Of a DNA stretch of 64,000 nt, positions 18,263-27,196 are shown piece after piece. The position numbers were made by a program, and so were the translations under genes. The stretch comes from an uncultured Ruminococcus sp. GTDB lineage: Bacteria; Bacillota; Clostridia; Oscillospirales; CAG-382. Positions within the stretch are counted from its first letter, which is position 1. Each line of letters begins with the position of its first letter. Where the stretch lies: positions 25,352 through 89,351 of the forward strand of contig CAZASH010000005.1 of NCBI GenBank assembly GCA_964487775.1, in the 5' to 3' direction. Below the pieces are notes generated by a model. That model was not told the DNA's origin and ran no database searches. It worked only from the letters and a program-made list of their open reading frames with translations.

Positions 18263-19660
18263 TTAATTGCTCTGCGGCTGTAGTTCTTTATAGGTCCTTA
18301 TTATAAACACGATTGCGATGGCGAACGTGAGCATGTCTGCCACGGGAAACGACCACAAAAGCCCGTCAAGCCCCATAAATATCGGCATAATTATCGGCAG
18401 TGCTACGCCAAAAACTATTTCTCGCGTGAGCGAAACGACAGTCGAAGCCATCGCCTTTCCGAGCGCCTGCAGGAATATGAACGTGCCCTTGTTGACTGTC
18501 GCAAGCACCATCATGCAGAGGTATATTCTAAAGCACTTCACTACAAAGTCGGAATAATACGCACTTTCACCTGCCGCACCGAAAAGTTCTGCTATCTGCA
18601 ACGGCAGGCATTCGACCACCAAAAGCGCTATTGCGCCGACGACTGCCTCTGAAACAAGCAGGTATGTAAAAAGCTGCTTTGTCCTGTCTTTTCTGCCTGC
18701 GCCGATGTTATAGCCGACTATCGGAATGCAGCCTGCGGCGATTCCTATTGCGACAGATATCGCTATCTGAAAGAATTTCATCACTATTCCGAGCGCCGCC
18801 AGAGGTATCTGCGCATATTGCTCAAGACCGAATACCGGGTCGAGCGCGCCGTATTTTGTGCAGGTGCTTTGCACTGCCGCCATAGAAATAACCAGCGAGA
18901 CCTGCGCAAGCAGGCTTGTCAGTCCGAGCGACAAAAAGCGCTTTGTTACTCTGCCGCAGGGCACAAAGCTTGAGCGTTGCAATTTCAGTGCCTTCATACG
19001 GCAGATGTATATTGCCGAAAGCGCTGCGGTTATGATCTGACCTATCACGGTGGCGATCGCCGCACCTGCCATTCCCAGATGCAGTGTATAGATGAATATC
19101 GGGTCGAGTATCACGTTTGCTATTGCGCCCGAAAGCGTTGCGATCATGGCGAATTTGGGGCTGCCGTCACTGCGTATTATCGGGTTCATCGCCTGACCGA
19201 ACATATAAAACGGTATGCCTAATGTTATCCAAAACAAATATTCTTTAGCCAGCACATATGTCTCGTTGTTGACTCTGCCGCCGAAAACAGTCAAAAGCTG
19301 CTCGTCAAACAGCAGATAAGCTGCTGTCAGCACAATGCTGCTTATCAGGCAGAGCACTATTGCGTTGCCGACGCTGCGGTGAGCGTCGTCCTTTGCGCCT
19401 TTGCCGAGAGAAATGCTGACAAACGCACAGCAGCCGTCGCCTATCATGACGGCGATGCCGAGCGCAAGCACCGTCATCGGAAACACCACGGTGTTCGCCG
19501 CGTTGCCGTATGACGCCAGATAGTCGGCATTGGCTATAAATATCTGGTCGACGATGTTATAAAGCGCACCGACCAGCAGCGAGACGACACAGGGCAACGC
19601 ATATTTTCGTACGAGCGTGCCAATCCTCTCGTTCTCTAAAAATTGGTTGGTTTTTTTCAT
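18263..19660 (-). CDS. MATE family efflux transporter
   Basis: A 465-aa protein with about 12 TM segments. The N-terminal pattern LVRKYALPCVVSLLVGALYNIVDQIFI is typical of MATE/NorM-like proteins. Confidence 0.85.
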   Translation of the reverse strand: MKKTNQFLENERIGTLVRKYALPCVVSLLVGALYNIVDQIFIANADYLASYGNAANTVVFPMTVLALGIAVMIGDGCCAFVSISLGKGAKDDAHRSVGNAIVLCLISSIVLTAAYLLFDEQLLTVFGGRVNNETYVLAKEYLFWITLGIPFYMFGQAMNPIIRSDGSPKFAMIATLSGAIANVILDPIFIYTLHLGMAGAAIATVIGQIITAALSAIYICRMKALKLQRSSFVPCGRVTKRFLSLGLTSLLAQVSLVISMAAVQSTCTKYGALDPVFGLEQYAQIPLAALGIVMKFFQIAISVAIGIAAGCIPIVGYNIGAGRKDRTKQLFTYLLVSEAVVGAIALLVVECLPLQIAELFGAAGESAYYSDFVVKCFRIYLCMMVLATVNKGTFIFLQALGKAMASTVVSLTREIVFGVALPIIMPIFMGLDGLLWSFPVADMLTFAIAIVFIIRTYKELQPQSN

Positions 19661-19673
19661 ATATTGCTCCCTT

Positions 19674-19726
19674 CAAAACAAAAAATGCGTGCAGTCTCTG
19701 CCGGAATTACGCCAGAGGCTACACGC
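19674..19726 (-). terminator. Terminator-like hairpin plus U-tract inside the 5' leader of the MATE gene (possible attenuator)
   Basis: On the minus strand: GCGUGUAGCCUCUG - 12-nt loop - CAGAGACUGCACGC, then AUUUUUUGUUUUG. It lies 14 nt upstream of the GAAGGGAG RBS region. A candidate promoter, TTGAAA-17-TACAAT (reverse complement of 19736-19764), lies immediately upstream. Confidence 0.5.
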
Positions 19727-19859
19727 TTTAAAATGATTGTACCACCTTAAAAGAATAATTTCAAAGGCATTTTTGCACAAAACTTGCATCTAAAATCCGC
19801 CAAAGTGCCTCGATGTTGCCCTGCCTGATATAAAAATAAGACTTTTTGCCAAAAAAGCC

Positions 19860-19888
19860 TTGACAATCAGAGCATTATCAATTAAAAT
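19860..19888 (+). promoter_or_regulatory. Sigma-A type promoter for efp
   Basis: TTGACA (19860-19865), a 17-nt spacer, then TAAAAT (19883-19888). Confidence 0.6.
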
Positions 19889-19949
19889 GATAGAAGAAAT
19901 ATTATGATTTACCGATATGCATATACGCACGGTAAAAAGGAGGATATAT

Positions 19950-20507
19950 ATGATTTCTGCCGGTGAATTCAGGAACGGCGTTACCTTTGAGATGGAAGGC
20001 GCTGTTATGCAGATCATCGAGTTCCAGCACGTCAAGCCCGGCAAGGGCGCGGCATTCGTCCGCACCAAGCTGCGCAACGTTATTACCGGAGCCGTGGTCG
20101 ACCAGACCTTCAACCCCACCGCAAAGTTCCCCACCGCTGTTGTCGAGCGCAAAGACATGCAGTACAGCTACAACGACGGCGAGCTCTATTATTTTATGGA
20201 CCTCGAGACTTATGACCAGGTCCCCCTCAACGCAGACGTTCTGCCTGATTCCTTTAAGTTTGTCAAAGAAGAGATGATGTGCCGCCTTGTTTCTTACAAG
20301 GGCAAGGTCTTTGCAGTTGAGCCCCCCACATTCGTTGAACTGCTCGTCACAAAGAGCGAGCCCGGCGTTCGCGGCAACACCGCAACTAACGCTACCAAGC
20401 CTGCTACCGTCGAGACCGGCGCAGAGGTCAAGGTTCCCATGTTCATCAACGAGGGCGACATCATCCGCATCGACACCCGCACGGGCGAATATCTCGAGAG
20501 AGTCTGA
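19950..20507 (+). CDS. efp: Elongation factor P
   Basis: The start was moved to the ATG at 19950 after AGGAGG, giving 185 aa. The sequence [17 protein letters not shown]...[17 protein letters not shown] is canonical EF-P. Confidence 0.95.
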   Translation: MISAGEFRNGVTFEMEGAVMQIIEFQHVKPGKGAAFVRTKLRNVITGAVVDQTFNPTAKFPTAVVERKDMQYSYNDGELYYFMDLETYDQVPLNADVLPDSFKFVKEEMMCRLVSYKGKVFAVEPPTFVELLVTKSEPGVRGNTATNATKPATVETGAEVKVPMFINEGDIIRIDTRTGEYLERV

Positions 20508-20537
20508 CGCTGTTTTTTCAGCAGAAAGGTATCTATT

Positions 20538-21011
20538 ATGAATATTACCGAAAAAGCCGCTTATATCAAAGGCCTTATGGACGGCATGAAGCTCGATCAG
20601 AATGCTGACGAGACCAAGCTTTTCAAAGCTATCGCCGATATGCTTGAGGACATCGCTCTCACTGTTGCCGACATCGATGACGAGGTTGCAAACCTTGGCG
20701 AATATATCGAAGAGATCGACGAGTGCCTCGGCGACGTTGAGGACGACCTCTATGGCGAGTGCGACGAGTGCGACGGCGAATGCGACGATTGCGACGATGA
20801 AGATTGCGATTGCTGCGGCGACTGCCTCGAGCTCGAGTGCCCCGAGTGCGGCGAAACTATTTATATCGACCACGAGGATCTCGACGAGATCATCGAGGAC
20901 GAGGCTCATGTTGTCGTTTGCCCCTCCTGCAACAAGCAGTTTGAGCTTTCGATCGACTATGAGGATGACGACGATTGTGATTGCGGCTGCGGCTGCCACG
21001 ACGGCGAATAA
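20538..21011 (+). CDS. Acidic Cys-rich zinc-ribbon protein (CD1247 N-terminal-domain-like), commonly found after efp in Clostridia
   Basis: It has an N-terminal helical region, an ECDECDGECDDCDDEDCDCCGDC cluster, a CPECG...CPSCN zinc ribbon and a C-terminal DCDCGCGCH. The family name is from memory. Confidence 0.6.
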   Translation: MNITEKAAYIKGLMDGMKLDQNADETKLFKAIADMLEDIALTVADIDDEVANLGEYIEEIDECLGDVEDDLYGECDECDGECDDCDDEDCDCCGDCLELECPECGETIYIDHEDLDEIIEDEAHVVVCPSCNKQFELSIDYEDDDDCDCGCGCHDGE

Positions 21012-21031
21012 TAAGCACACGGCAAACCACA

Positions 21032-21060
21032 CGGCAGAGTCACCTCTGCCGTTGTTTTTT
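21032..21060 (+). terminator. Rho-independent terminator
   Basis: CGGCAGAG - TCAC - CTCTGCCG followed by TTGTTTTTT. Confidence 0.75.
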
Positions 21061-21072
21061 AAGAGGTGAAAA

Positions 21073-21513
21073 ATGCAAAAGCTGCTGGTCATAAACGGCC
21101 CCAACCTGAATATGCTCGGCATCAGAGAGCCCGAGATATACGGCAGGCAGGATTATAATGCGCTCTGCCGATTTATCACCGAGAGCGCAAAGGCAAGGCT
21201 CTTTGAAGCAGAGCTGTTTCAGTCGAACCACGAGGGCGACATCATAGATAAAATACAGTCGGCATACGGCACTTTTGACGGCATTGTGATAAACCCCGGC
21301 GGTTTTTCGCACACCTCGATAGCCATCGCCGATGCTATACGTGCGGTCGGAATACCGACTGTCGAGGTGCATCTGAGCGACATTTATTCGCGCGAGCCAT
21401 ACCGACGTGTCACCGTTACGGGCGATGCCTGCCAAAAAATAATTTGCGGCAGAGGCTTTGACGGCTATGCCGACGCGATGGACATCATCAAGGAGATATT
21501 ATGCAGAGAATAG
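21073..21513 (+). CDS. aroQ: Type II 3-dehydroquinate dehydratase
   Basis: LLVINGPNLNMLGIREPEIYG, QSNHEGDIIDKIQ, INPGGFSHTSIAI. Confidence 0.92.
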   Translation: MQKLLVINGPNLNMLGIREPEIYGRQDYNALCRFITESAKARLFEAELFQSNHEGDIIDKIQSAYGTFDGIVINPGGFSHTSIAIADAIRAVGIPTVEVHLSDIYSREPYRRVTVTGDACQKIICGRGFDGYADAMDIIKEILCRE

Positions 21514-21944
21514 CAAAATTTGAGCGAGTGACAGGCTATGACACCGCAAAGCTGCCTGTCAGAGCGACGTCGGGCAGCGCAGGCTATGACTTCTTTTTAA
21601 ACGAGGATATAGCGCTCGAACCGCACGAGCAGACGGTCATAGACACAGGAATAAGGGCACGCATCGACGACGGCTGGTTTTTGATGCTCTGCCCACGCTC
21701 GGGGCTCGGCTTTAAATATGCCGTCAGGCTCGCCAACACTGTCGGAATAATCGACAGCGACTATTATTTCAGCGACAACGAGGGTCACATCCGTGTCAAG
21801 CTCATCAACGGCGACAAGCCGATAGCGCTTTCAAAGGGCACGGCGTTTGCACAGGGCATATTCGTTCCGTTCGGGATAACCGTCGACGACCAAAGCACCA
21901 CGATCAGAAACGGCGGACTGGGAAGCACGGACGGGCGCAAATAA
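21501..21944 (+). CDS. dut: dUTP diphosphatase
   Basis: GSAGYDF, PRSGLG, GIIDSDY, and C-terminal RNGGLGSTD. It overlaps the end of aroQ by 13 nt. Confidence 0.9.
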   Translation: MQRIAKFERVTGYDTAKLPVRATSGSAGYDFFLNEDIALEPHEQTVIDTGIRARIDDGWFLMLCPRSGLGFKYAVRLANTVGIIDSDYYFSDNEGHIRVKLINGDKPIALSKGTAFAQGIFVPFGITVDDQSTTIRNGGLGSTDGRK

Positions 21945-21945
21945 T

Positions 21946-22343
21946 CAGTTAAGTTGTCGCTGTAGCGACAGTGAAGTTATGCCTTCGGCATAGTGAAGCA
22001 GCGCTTTCAGCGCCGTGAAAAGTGATATTCAGCTAAAGCCGAGTGGTAAGTGATATTGCGCCTCACGGCGCAGTGATATTCACTTCGTGAGATAAGGGAA
22101 GTTTTTGCAAGCAAAAACAATTTATATAACGCACTCAATGGCGAAAACTCGTGCCAACGCTCTGTAGAACACCATTCGCTGTGGTTCAGTCCTTGCCTCC
22201 CTTGTGTAAAGGGAGGTGGATTTTGCGAGCTTTTTTAAAAGCGAGTCAAAAGACGGAAGGATTGTAGGCAACTTCAGTTGCCGTAGAGCCGCAAGCGAAG
22301 CGCTTCACGCAGTTAAGTTGTCGCTGTAGCGACAACTTAACTG
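21946..22343 (+). repeat. Copy A of a ~400-bp hairpin-array intergenic repeat: terminal CAGTTAAGTTGTCGC / GCGACAACTTAACTG inverted ends, tandem short hairpin+AGTGAAG units, and a ~235-bp core
   Basis: It starts 2 nt after the dut stop. The units are TGTCGCTgtAGCGACA-GTGAAG, TGCCttcGGCA-tAGTGAAG, GCGCTttcAGCGC-cGTGAA and GCGCCtcacGGCGC-AGTGAT. The core 22134-22306 is 100% identical to the reverse complement of 51590-51762. A 16-bp-stem hairpin sits at 22310-22343. Confidence 0.85.
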
Positions 22344-22388
22344 CTAACTGCGCCGCAAGGCACAGCGTTGCTTAATTTCGTCAAAGCC

Positions 22389-22425
22389 AAAAAAGAGACC
22401 TTGCTGCGGCAAGATCTCTTTTTGA
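22389..22425 (-). terminator. Terminator downstream of ackA (A/T tracts on both sides, potentially bidirectional)
   Basis: AAAAAAGAGACCTTGC - TGCG - GCAAGATCTCTTTTT, with one mismatch in the stem. Confidence 0.7.
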
Positions 22426-22448
22426 TTATTAAATATTCGATATGCGAG

Positions 22449-23663
22449 TTATTTGACAAGCTCTGCTGTGTCGGTAGCGATAGCGAGCTCTTCGTCGGTG
22501 GGGATAACGAGCACCTTTACACGGCTATTCTTGCCGGTGATGTCGATGATTGTCTGATCCTTGTGCTGTCTGACGGTCTTATTCTTTTCGTCGTCGATCT
22601 CGACACCGAAGAACGACATATCGGCGGTGATCTCACGTCTGAGATCCTCGTCATTTTCGCCGATGCCTGCGGTAAAGACTATGCAGTCGAGGCCGTTCAT
22701 AGCGGCGGTATAAGAGCCGATATATTTTTTGACCTCATAAGCGAGCACGTCGAGTGCGTTGCGTGCGTTCTCGTCGCCGTTCTCTGCGGCAGCACGAACG
22801 TCACGCAGGTCCTTGTGACCTGTCAGACCATAGAAGCCGCATTCGTTGTTCATCCAGTCGCTGACGTTCTCGGGCTTGATGCCTGCGTATTCCATAACAA
22901 ACGGAACGACCGCAGGGTCGATAGAGCCGCATCTCGAGCCCATGATGACGCCCTCAAGCGGAGTAAGACCCATCGAGGTATCGATGCACTTGCCGCCGTC
23001 GACTGCGGTTATCGAAGAGCCGTTGCCGAGATGGCAGGTGACGATCTTTGCCTTGGGGTTGCCGAGATATTCGATCGCCTTTTGCGAAACATATCTGTGC
23101 GAAGTGCCGTGTGCACCGTAGCGGCGGATAGAATATTTCTCTGCGATGGTGCGGTCGATAGGATAGGTGTATGCCTTTTTGGGCATGGTCTGGTGGAACG
23201 AGGTGTCCATGACCAGAACCTGCGGAACATCGGGCAGTATCTTGGTGCAGCCCTCGATGCACTGGATGTGACCCTTGGTGTGGAGGGGTGCGAAATTGAC
23301 ACACTTGCGCAATGTAGCCATGACTTCGCCGTCAGCGCCGTCGATGAGACAGCTCTTGGTGAGCCACGGGCCGCCGGAGACTATGCGGTGACCGATAGCG
23401 CCGATCTCTGACATATCCTTGATAACGCCGTACTGAGGATCGGTGAGGTATTTGATAACTATAGCTGCAGCCGCTGCGTGGTCGGGCAGGTCGACGGGCA
23501 ATTGCTTGACCGATGCCTTGTCACCGATGAGCTTTGAATGTGTAAAAAGTCCGTCAGTGCCTATGCGTTCGCAAAGGCCTTTTGCGAGGACCGACTTTTG
23601 ATCCATATCAAAAAGCTGATATTTGAGCGATGAGCTGCCTGCATTTACTACGAGTATATACAT
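22449..23663 (-). CDS. ackA: Acetate kinase
   Basis: MYILVVNAGSSSLKYQLF, HRIVSGG, RYGAHGTSH, and C-terminal VIPTDEE. Confidence 0.95.
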   Translation of the reverse strand: MYILVVNAGSSSLKYQLFDMDQKSVLAKGLCERIGTDGLFTHSKLIGDKASVKQLPVDLPDHAAAAAIVIKYLTDPQYGVIKDMSEIGAIGHRIVSGGPWLTKSCLIDGADGEVMATLRKCVNFAPLHTKGHIQCIEGCTKILPDVPQVLVMDTSFHQTMPKKAYTYPIDRTIAEKYSIRRYGAHGTSHRYVSQKAIEYLGNPKAKIVTCHLGNGSSITAVDGGKCIDTSMGLTPLEGVIMGSRCGSIDPAVVPFVMEYAGIKPENVSDWMNNECGFYGLTGHKDLRDVRAAAENGDENARNALDVLAYEVKKYIGSYTAAMNGLDCIVFTAGIGENDEDLRREITADMSFFGVEIDDEKNKTVRQHKDQTIIDITGKNSRVKVLVIPTDEELAIATDTAELVK

Positions 23664-23673
23664 TTTTCTCTCC

Positions 23674-23702
23674 TTGACATTTTATTTTCATTGTATTATA
23701 CT
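23674..23702 (+). promoter_or_regulatory. Sigma-A type promoter for tmcAL
   Basis: TTGACA (23674-23679), a 17-nt spacer, then TATACT (23697-23702). Confidence 0.6.
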
Positions 23703-23732
23703 ATAAATAATCAGAAAATGCAAGGAGTTTTT

Positions 23733-24836
23733 ATGCCGTCGGTCGCTGTAATAACAGAATACAATCCGTTTCATTTCGGACACCTTTATCAGCTTACCGA
23801 GCTTAAAAAGCATTTTGACACAGTGGTGTGCATAATGTCGGGCTTTGCGGTGCAAAGAGGCGGCGTTGCCATTGCCGACAAATACACACGTGCAAAAGCA
23901 GCGGTCGATTGCGGAGCGTCGCTCGTGCTCGAATTGCCGTTTCCATACTCCTGCGCATCGGCACGCGATTTTGCTGCGGCAGGTGTCGACATCGCATCAC
24001 GCATATGCGTGGACAAGCTCGCCTTTGGCGCAGAGGACGACATACAGCCGCTGATCGAGGTCGGCAGACTGCGTGAAAAGGGCATATTGCAGCAAAAAAC
24101 AGAGCATTATCTTTCGTCGGGTGTCAGGTCATACCCTTTGGCGCTTTGCGAGGCGGTCAGAGAATGTGTCGGCGACGAGGCAGCCGAAATGCTTAAAAAG
24201 CCCAACAACATCCTCGCCTCCGAATATATCTATTACGCAGGCAGATGCGGCCTTGATATTTATCCCATCAGGCGTGATATGTCATATAAAAGCGCCACCG
24301 AGCTTCGCTCGCTTGGCAAAAATATGCTTTGCAATTTGCCTCCAAAGAGTGCGCAGGCCTTTGAATGCGGCTCGTCGCTCGATGAAAAGAGCTTTGACGT
24401 TTTTGTGCTTTCAAGGCTTTATGACAAGCTTGGCCGTGTCGGCAGGGACGATGTCTATTCTGCCACCGACGATGCGCTTTACAGGCTGAGGGCGCATATA
24501 GCAGAGCACAATTCTGTCGAATCGCTCGCACGGTGTTGCGCCGACGGCAGTCATACCGCTGCGTATTACAGGCGCTTGATATGCTCGATAGCGTTCGGCA
24601 TTACTCCGCAAATGATGAAAAGTCAGATAAACGAAACTCTTTTGCTTGCCGCCGACGATGACGGCAGACGCCATTTGAACATAATAAACAAAGCAAATAA
24701 AATATCTGCCATAACCAGGCCCTCGGCGGCAGCCGACCAAGGCTTGATAAAAGCGCTTCAGGCAGAGAGCGCCGTTTCGCGCATATGTATGCGTCCGCCC
24801 TTCGACCCATTTAAGTCGAGACCCTATATAGGATAG
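23733..24836 (+). CDS. tmcAL: tRNA(Met) cytidine acetate ligase (UPF0348/YlbM nucleotidyltransferase family)
   Basis: The start was moved to the ATG at 23733 after AAGGAG. The motif is ITEYNPFHFGHLYQL. Confidence 0.8.
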   Translation: MPSVAVITEYNPFHFGHLYQLTELKKHFDTVVCIMSGFAVQRGGVAIADKYTRAKAAVDCGASLVLELPFPYSCASARDFAAAGVDIASRICVDKLAFGAEDDIQPLIEVGRLREKGILQQKTEHYLSSGVRSYPLALCEAVRECVGDEAAEMLKKPNNILASEYIYYAGRCGLDIYPIRRDMSYKSATELRSLGKNMLCNLPPKSAQAFECGSSLDEKSFDVFVLSRLYDKLGRVGRDDVYSATDDALYRLRAHIAEHNSVESLARCCADGSHTAAYYRRLICSIAFGITPQMMKSQINETLLLAADDDGRRHLNIINKANKISAITRPSAAADQGLIKALQAESAVSRICMRPPFDPFKSRPYIG

Positions 24837-24848
24837 GAGAGTTTTACC

Positions 24849-25793
24849 ATGAATGTCAAGCACCTGTTTATCATCAACCCCGTTGCAGGCAAAAAGGATC
24901 GCACAGAGGTCATTTCTGCGGCGATCAAGCGTGTCCTGCCCGACGAAGCGAGCCGAGAGATCAGAGTTACGACCTGCCCCGGCGACGCTACCGAAATAGC
25001 CAGAGAATATATTCTCGGTGCGGCAGACGACGATTTTGTCAGAGTTTATGCATGTGGCGGCGACGGAACGCTGTCTGAGGTGGTGCTCGGCATATACCGC
25101 GCAGGGCGCTCGAATTGTGCGCTCGGCGTTATTCCCATAGGCTCGGGCAACGATTTTATCAAATATTATGACGAGATCCCTGCCGAAAAGTTCAGGTCGC
25201 TTGCCGACATGGTCGCAGGCAGGACAGAAGAAATCGACCTTTTGCGTGTCGCCGATTGCGAGGGCGGCAACGAAAGAGTCAGCATCAACATAGTTTCTGC
25301 GGGCTTTGATGCCGCAGCCGCTAAGGGAATGGTGTCATACAAGCGCCTGCCGATGGTGAACGGCTCGACGGCCTACAACCTTTCTCTCTGCAAATGCCTC
25401 GTCAACGAGCGCAAGCATGTCTATCACGTCGTTGCCGACGGTGAGGACCTCGAGGACCCCAAGCAGGGCTACCTCTTTGTCATTGCGGCGAACGGCAGAT
25501 ATTATGGCGGCGGCTTTAAGGCTGCGCCGATCAGCAATATACAGGATGGTTTCCTCGATCTCATCAGGATCTGCTCTGTTTCTATAAGCAAATTTATCGG
25601 GCTGGTCGGCAAGTTCAGACAGGGCGAGCATATCGAAAAGCTCAAGGAATACACCTCGCATTCTCTTTGCAAGCATATCAGGATCGAGGCGGAAGATCCC
25701 GTCGAGGTCAACATCGACGGCGAGATCTGCGAGATGAAAAACCCCGAGATCAGCATAGTTCCGAGGGCGGTCAAGCTTATTTTGCCTGCATAA
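24849..25793 (+). CDS. Diacylglycerol/lipid kinase family protein (YegS/DagK-like)
   Basis: LFIINPVAGKK, ACGGDGTLSEVV, IPIGSGNDF. Confidence 0.85.
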   Translation: MNVKHLFIINPVAGKKDRTEVISAAIKRVLPDEASREIRVTTCPGDATEIAREYILGAADDDFVRVYACGGDGTLSEVVLGIYRAGRSNCALGVIPIGSGNDFIKYYDEIPAEKFRSLADMVAGRTEEIDLLRVADCEGGNERVSINIVSAGFDAAAAKGMVSYKRLPMVNGSTAYNLSLCKCLVNERKHVYHVVADGEDLEDPKQGYLFVIAANGRYYGGGFKAAPISNIQDGFLDLIRICSVSISKFIGLVGKFRQGEHIEKLKEYTSHSLCKHIRIEAEDPVEVNIDGEICEMKNPEISIVPRAVKLILPA

Positions 25794-25828
25794 AACGGCA
25801 AATAAAGCGCAAAATTTAAAAATAGCTA

Positions 25829-25857
25829 TTGCAAAACGCAAACTTGTATGCTATAAT
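25829..25857 (+). promoter_or_regulatory. Sigma-A type promoter for rplS
   Basis: TTGCAA (25829-25834), a 17-nt spacer, then TATAAT (25852-25857). Confidence 0.65.
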
Positions 25858-25925
25858 GCTCTGTAAAAATATCGTGCGGTCCTCTGCGGCTCGGCATGAA
25901 CGTGCGAATAAATAAGGAGGAGCTT

Positions 25926-26276
25926 ATGAATACAAACGCGATTCTCAAAGCTTTTACAGACGAGCAAGTGAAGAAAGAGACCCCCAAGTTCAACGTCGGC
26001 GACAGCGTCAAGGTTTACCAGCGCATCGTTGAGGGCACCCGCGAAAGAACACAGATCTTCGAGGGCACCGTCATCGCCAAAAAGAACGGCGGCATCTCTG
26101 AGACCTTTACCGTGCGCCGTGTTTCGTTCGGCGTCGGCACCGAAAAGACTTTCCCGCTGCACAGCCCCAACGTTCAGAACGTTGTTGTGACTCGCCGCGG
26201 CAAGGTTCGCAGAGCAAAACTTTATTATCTGCGTTCCAGAGTCGGCAAGGCTGCCAAGGTCAAAGAACAAATATAA
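25926..26276 (+). CDS. rplS: 50S ribosomal protein L19
   Basis: The start was moved to the ATG at 25926 after [53 protein letters not shown] is canonical L19. Confidence 0.95.
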   Translation: MNTNAILKAFTDEQVKKETPKFNVGDSVKVYQRIVEGTRERTQIFEGTVIAKKNGGISETFTVRRVSFGVGTEKTFPLHSPNVQNVVVTRRGKVRRAKLYYLRSRVGKAAKVKEQI

Positions 26277-26296
26277 TTTCTTCGCTAATAGCGGCA

Positions 26297-26330
26297 AAAA
26301 GTGTCTGTATAAAACCAGACACTTTTGTTC
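26297..26330 (+). terminator. Rho-independent terminator after rplS
   Basis: AAAAGTGTCTG - TATAAAAC - CAGACACTTTT followed by GTTC. Confidence 0.7.
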
Positions 26331-26356
26331 TAATATGACTTTTTAAGAGGCGCATC

Positions 26357-27196
26357 ATGCAGGACAATCAGCAAAACATCAACGAAAATATCAATAACGA
26401 CGACGGCGGCCTCGGCGCTCTCGACGGCTTTTATATCGAGGGCACAGAGCAGGCAGAGGGCACAGCACCCGCAGATGCCGATAAAATTGCCGAAAGTGCA
26501 GATAATACCGAAGGTGCAGAAGGTGCCGAAAGCACCGAAATTATCGAAATTATCGAAAATACCGATAATACCGAAAGCACCGAAACTACCCCGAGCACCG
26601 AAAATACAGATGCTTCAGAGAGCGTCACGAGTGCAAAAAAGCCAAAAAAGCAAAAGGGCGCACTCGAGGTGTTTGAATATGTCGAGACCTTCGCCTATGC
26701 CGTGGCGGTCATGGTACTGCTGTTTATGTTCGTTTTCAGATATGTCACGGTCGACGGCACGTCGATGCGTGACACCCTGCAGCACGAGGATAAGCTCATC
26801 ATCAGCAACCTGTTTTATACCCCTGCGACAGGCGATATAGTCGTTATCAACAGGACAGAGAATGCGCAGCCGCTCATCAAGCGTGTTATCGCTACGGGTG
26901 GACAGACTGTCAGAATCGATTTTGAAAATTGGCAGGTCTGGGTCGACGGCATATTGCTCGACGAGGACTATGTCACCTTGCGCTCTGAGATGCCTATGCA
27001 CTCTTATCCTTTTGTCGAGAAATACACCAATTCCGACGGCATATGTGAGTTTGTCGTCGACGACGGCTGCATATTTGCGATGGGCGACAACCGCAACAAT
27101 TCGCTCGACAGCCGCAAATACGGATTTTTTGAATATCACGAGATAGTCGGCAGGGTGGTCATCAGGCTGGCTCCTCGGTTTGGCACGGTGGAATAA
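26357..27196 (+). CDS. lepB: Signal peptidase I with a ~95-aa acidic, repeat-containing N-terminal extension
   Basis: The catalytic Ser box is GTSMRDTL, the Lys box is KRVIATGGQTV, and GDNRNNSLDSR is present. The N-terminus carries TE(N/S)T-type low-complexity repeats. Confidence 0.9.
   Translation: MQDNQQNINENINNDDGGLGALDGFYIEGTEQAEGTAPADADKIAESADNTEGAEGAESTEIIEIIENTDNTESTETTPSTENTDASESVTSAKKPKKQKGALEVFEYVETFAYAVAVMVLLFMFVFRYVTVDGTSMRDTLQHEDKLIISNLFYTPATGDIVVINRTENAQPLIKRVIATGGQTVRIDFENWQVWVDGILLDEDYVTLRSEMPMHSYPFVEKYTNSDGICEFVVDDGCIFAMGDNRNNSLDSRKYGFFEYHEIVGRVVIRLAPRFGTVE

Noticed and set aside
19902-21122. A 406-aa minus-strand ORF spanning efp and the Cys-rich gene.
   Set aside because: It is antisense to canonical EF-P and crosses an intergenic terminator. 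Its Ala/Val-rich repetitive composition mirrors the acidic plus-strand gene. I treat it as an artefact.
21946-22095. A CRISPR-like appearance of the tandem hairpin units.
   Set aside because: The units are only ~20-30 nt long and irregular in length. The variable part is itself the palindrome, so there are no unique spacers between constant repeats. The array continues into a conserved core that is duplicated elsewhere. No cas genes are present in the window.
22368-23411. A 347-aa plus-strand ORF opposite ackA. Similar long antisense ORFs are 39396..41036 (opposite secA), 8027..8854, 16995..17930, 53900..54766, 55049..55762 and 55853..56602.
   Set aside because: Each one is fully embedded antisense in a gene with strong family motifs, and none has an RBS or recognisable domains.
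25858-25925. A possible L19 ribosomal-protein leader upstream of rplS.
   Set aside because: I could not find a convincing conserved hairpin in the 68-nt 5' UTR by eye. A covariance-model search would be needed before any call.
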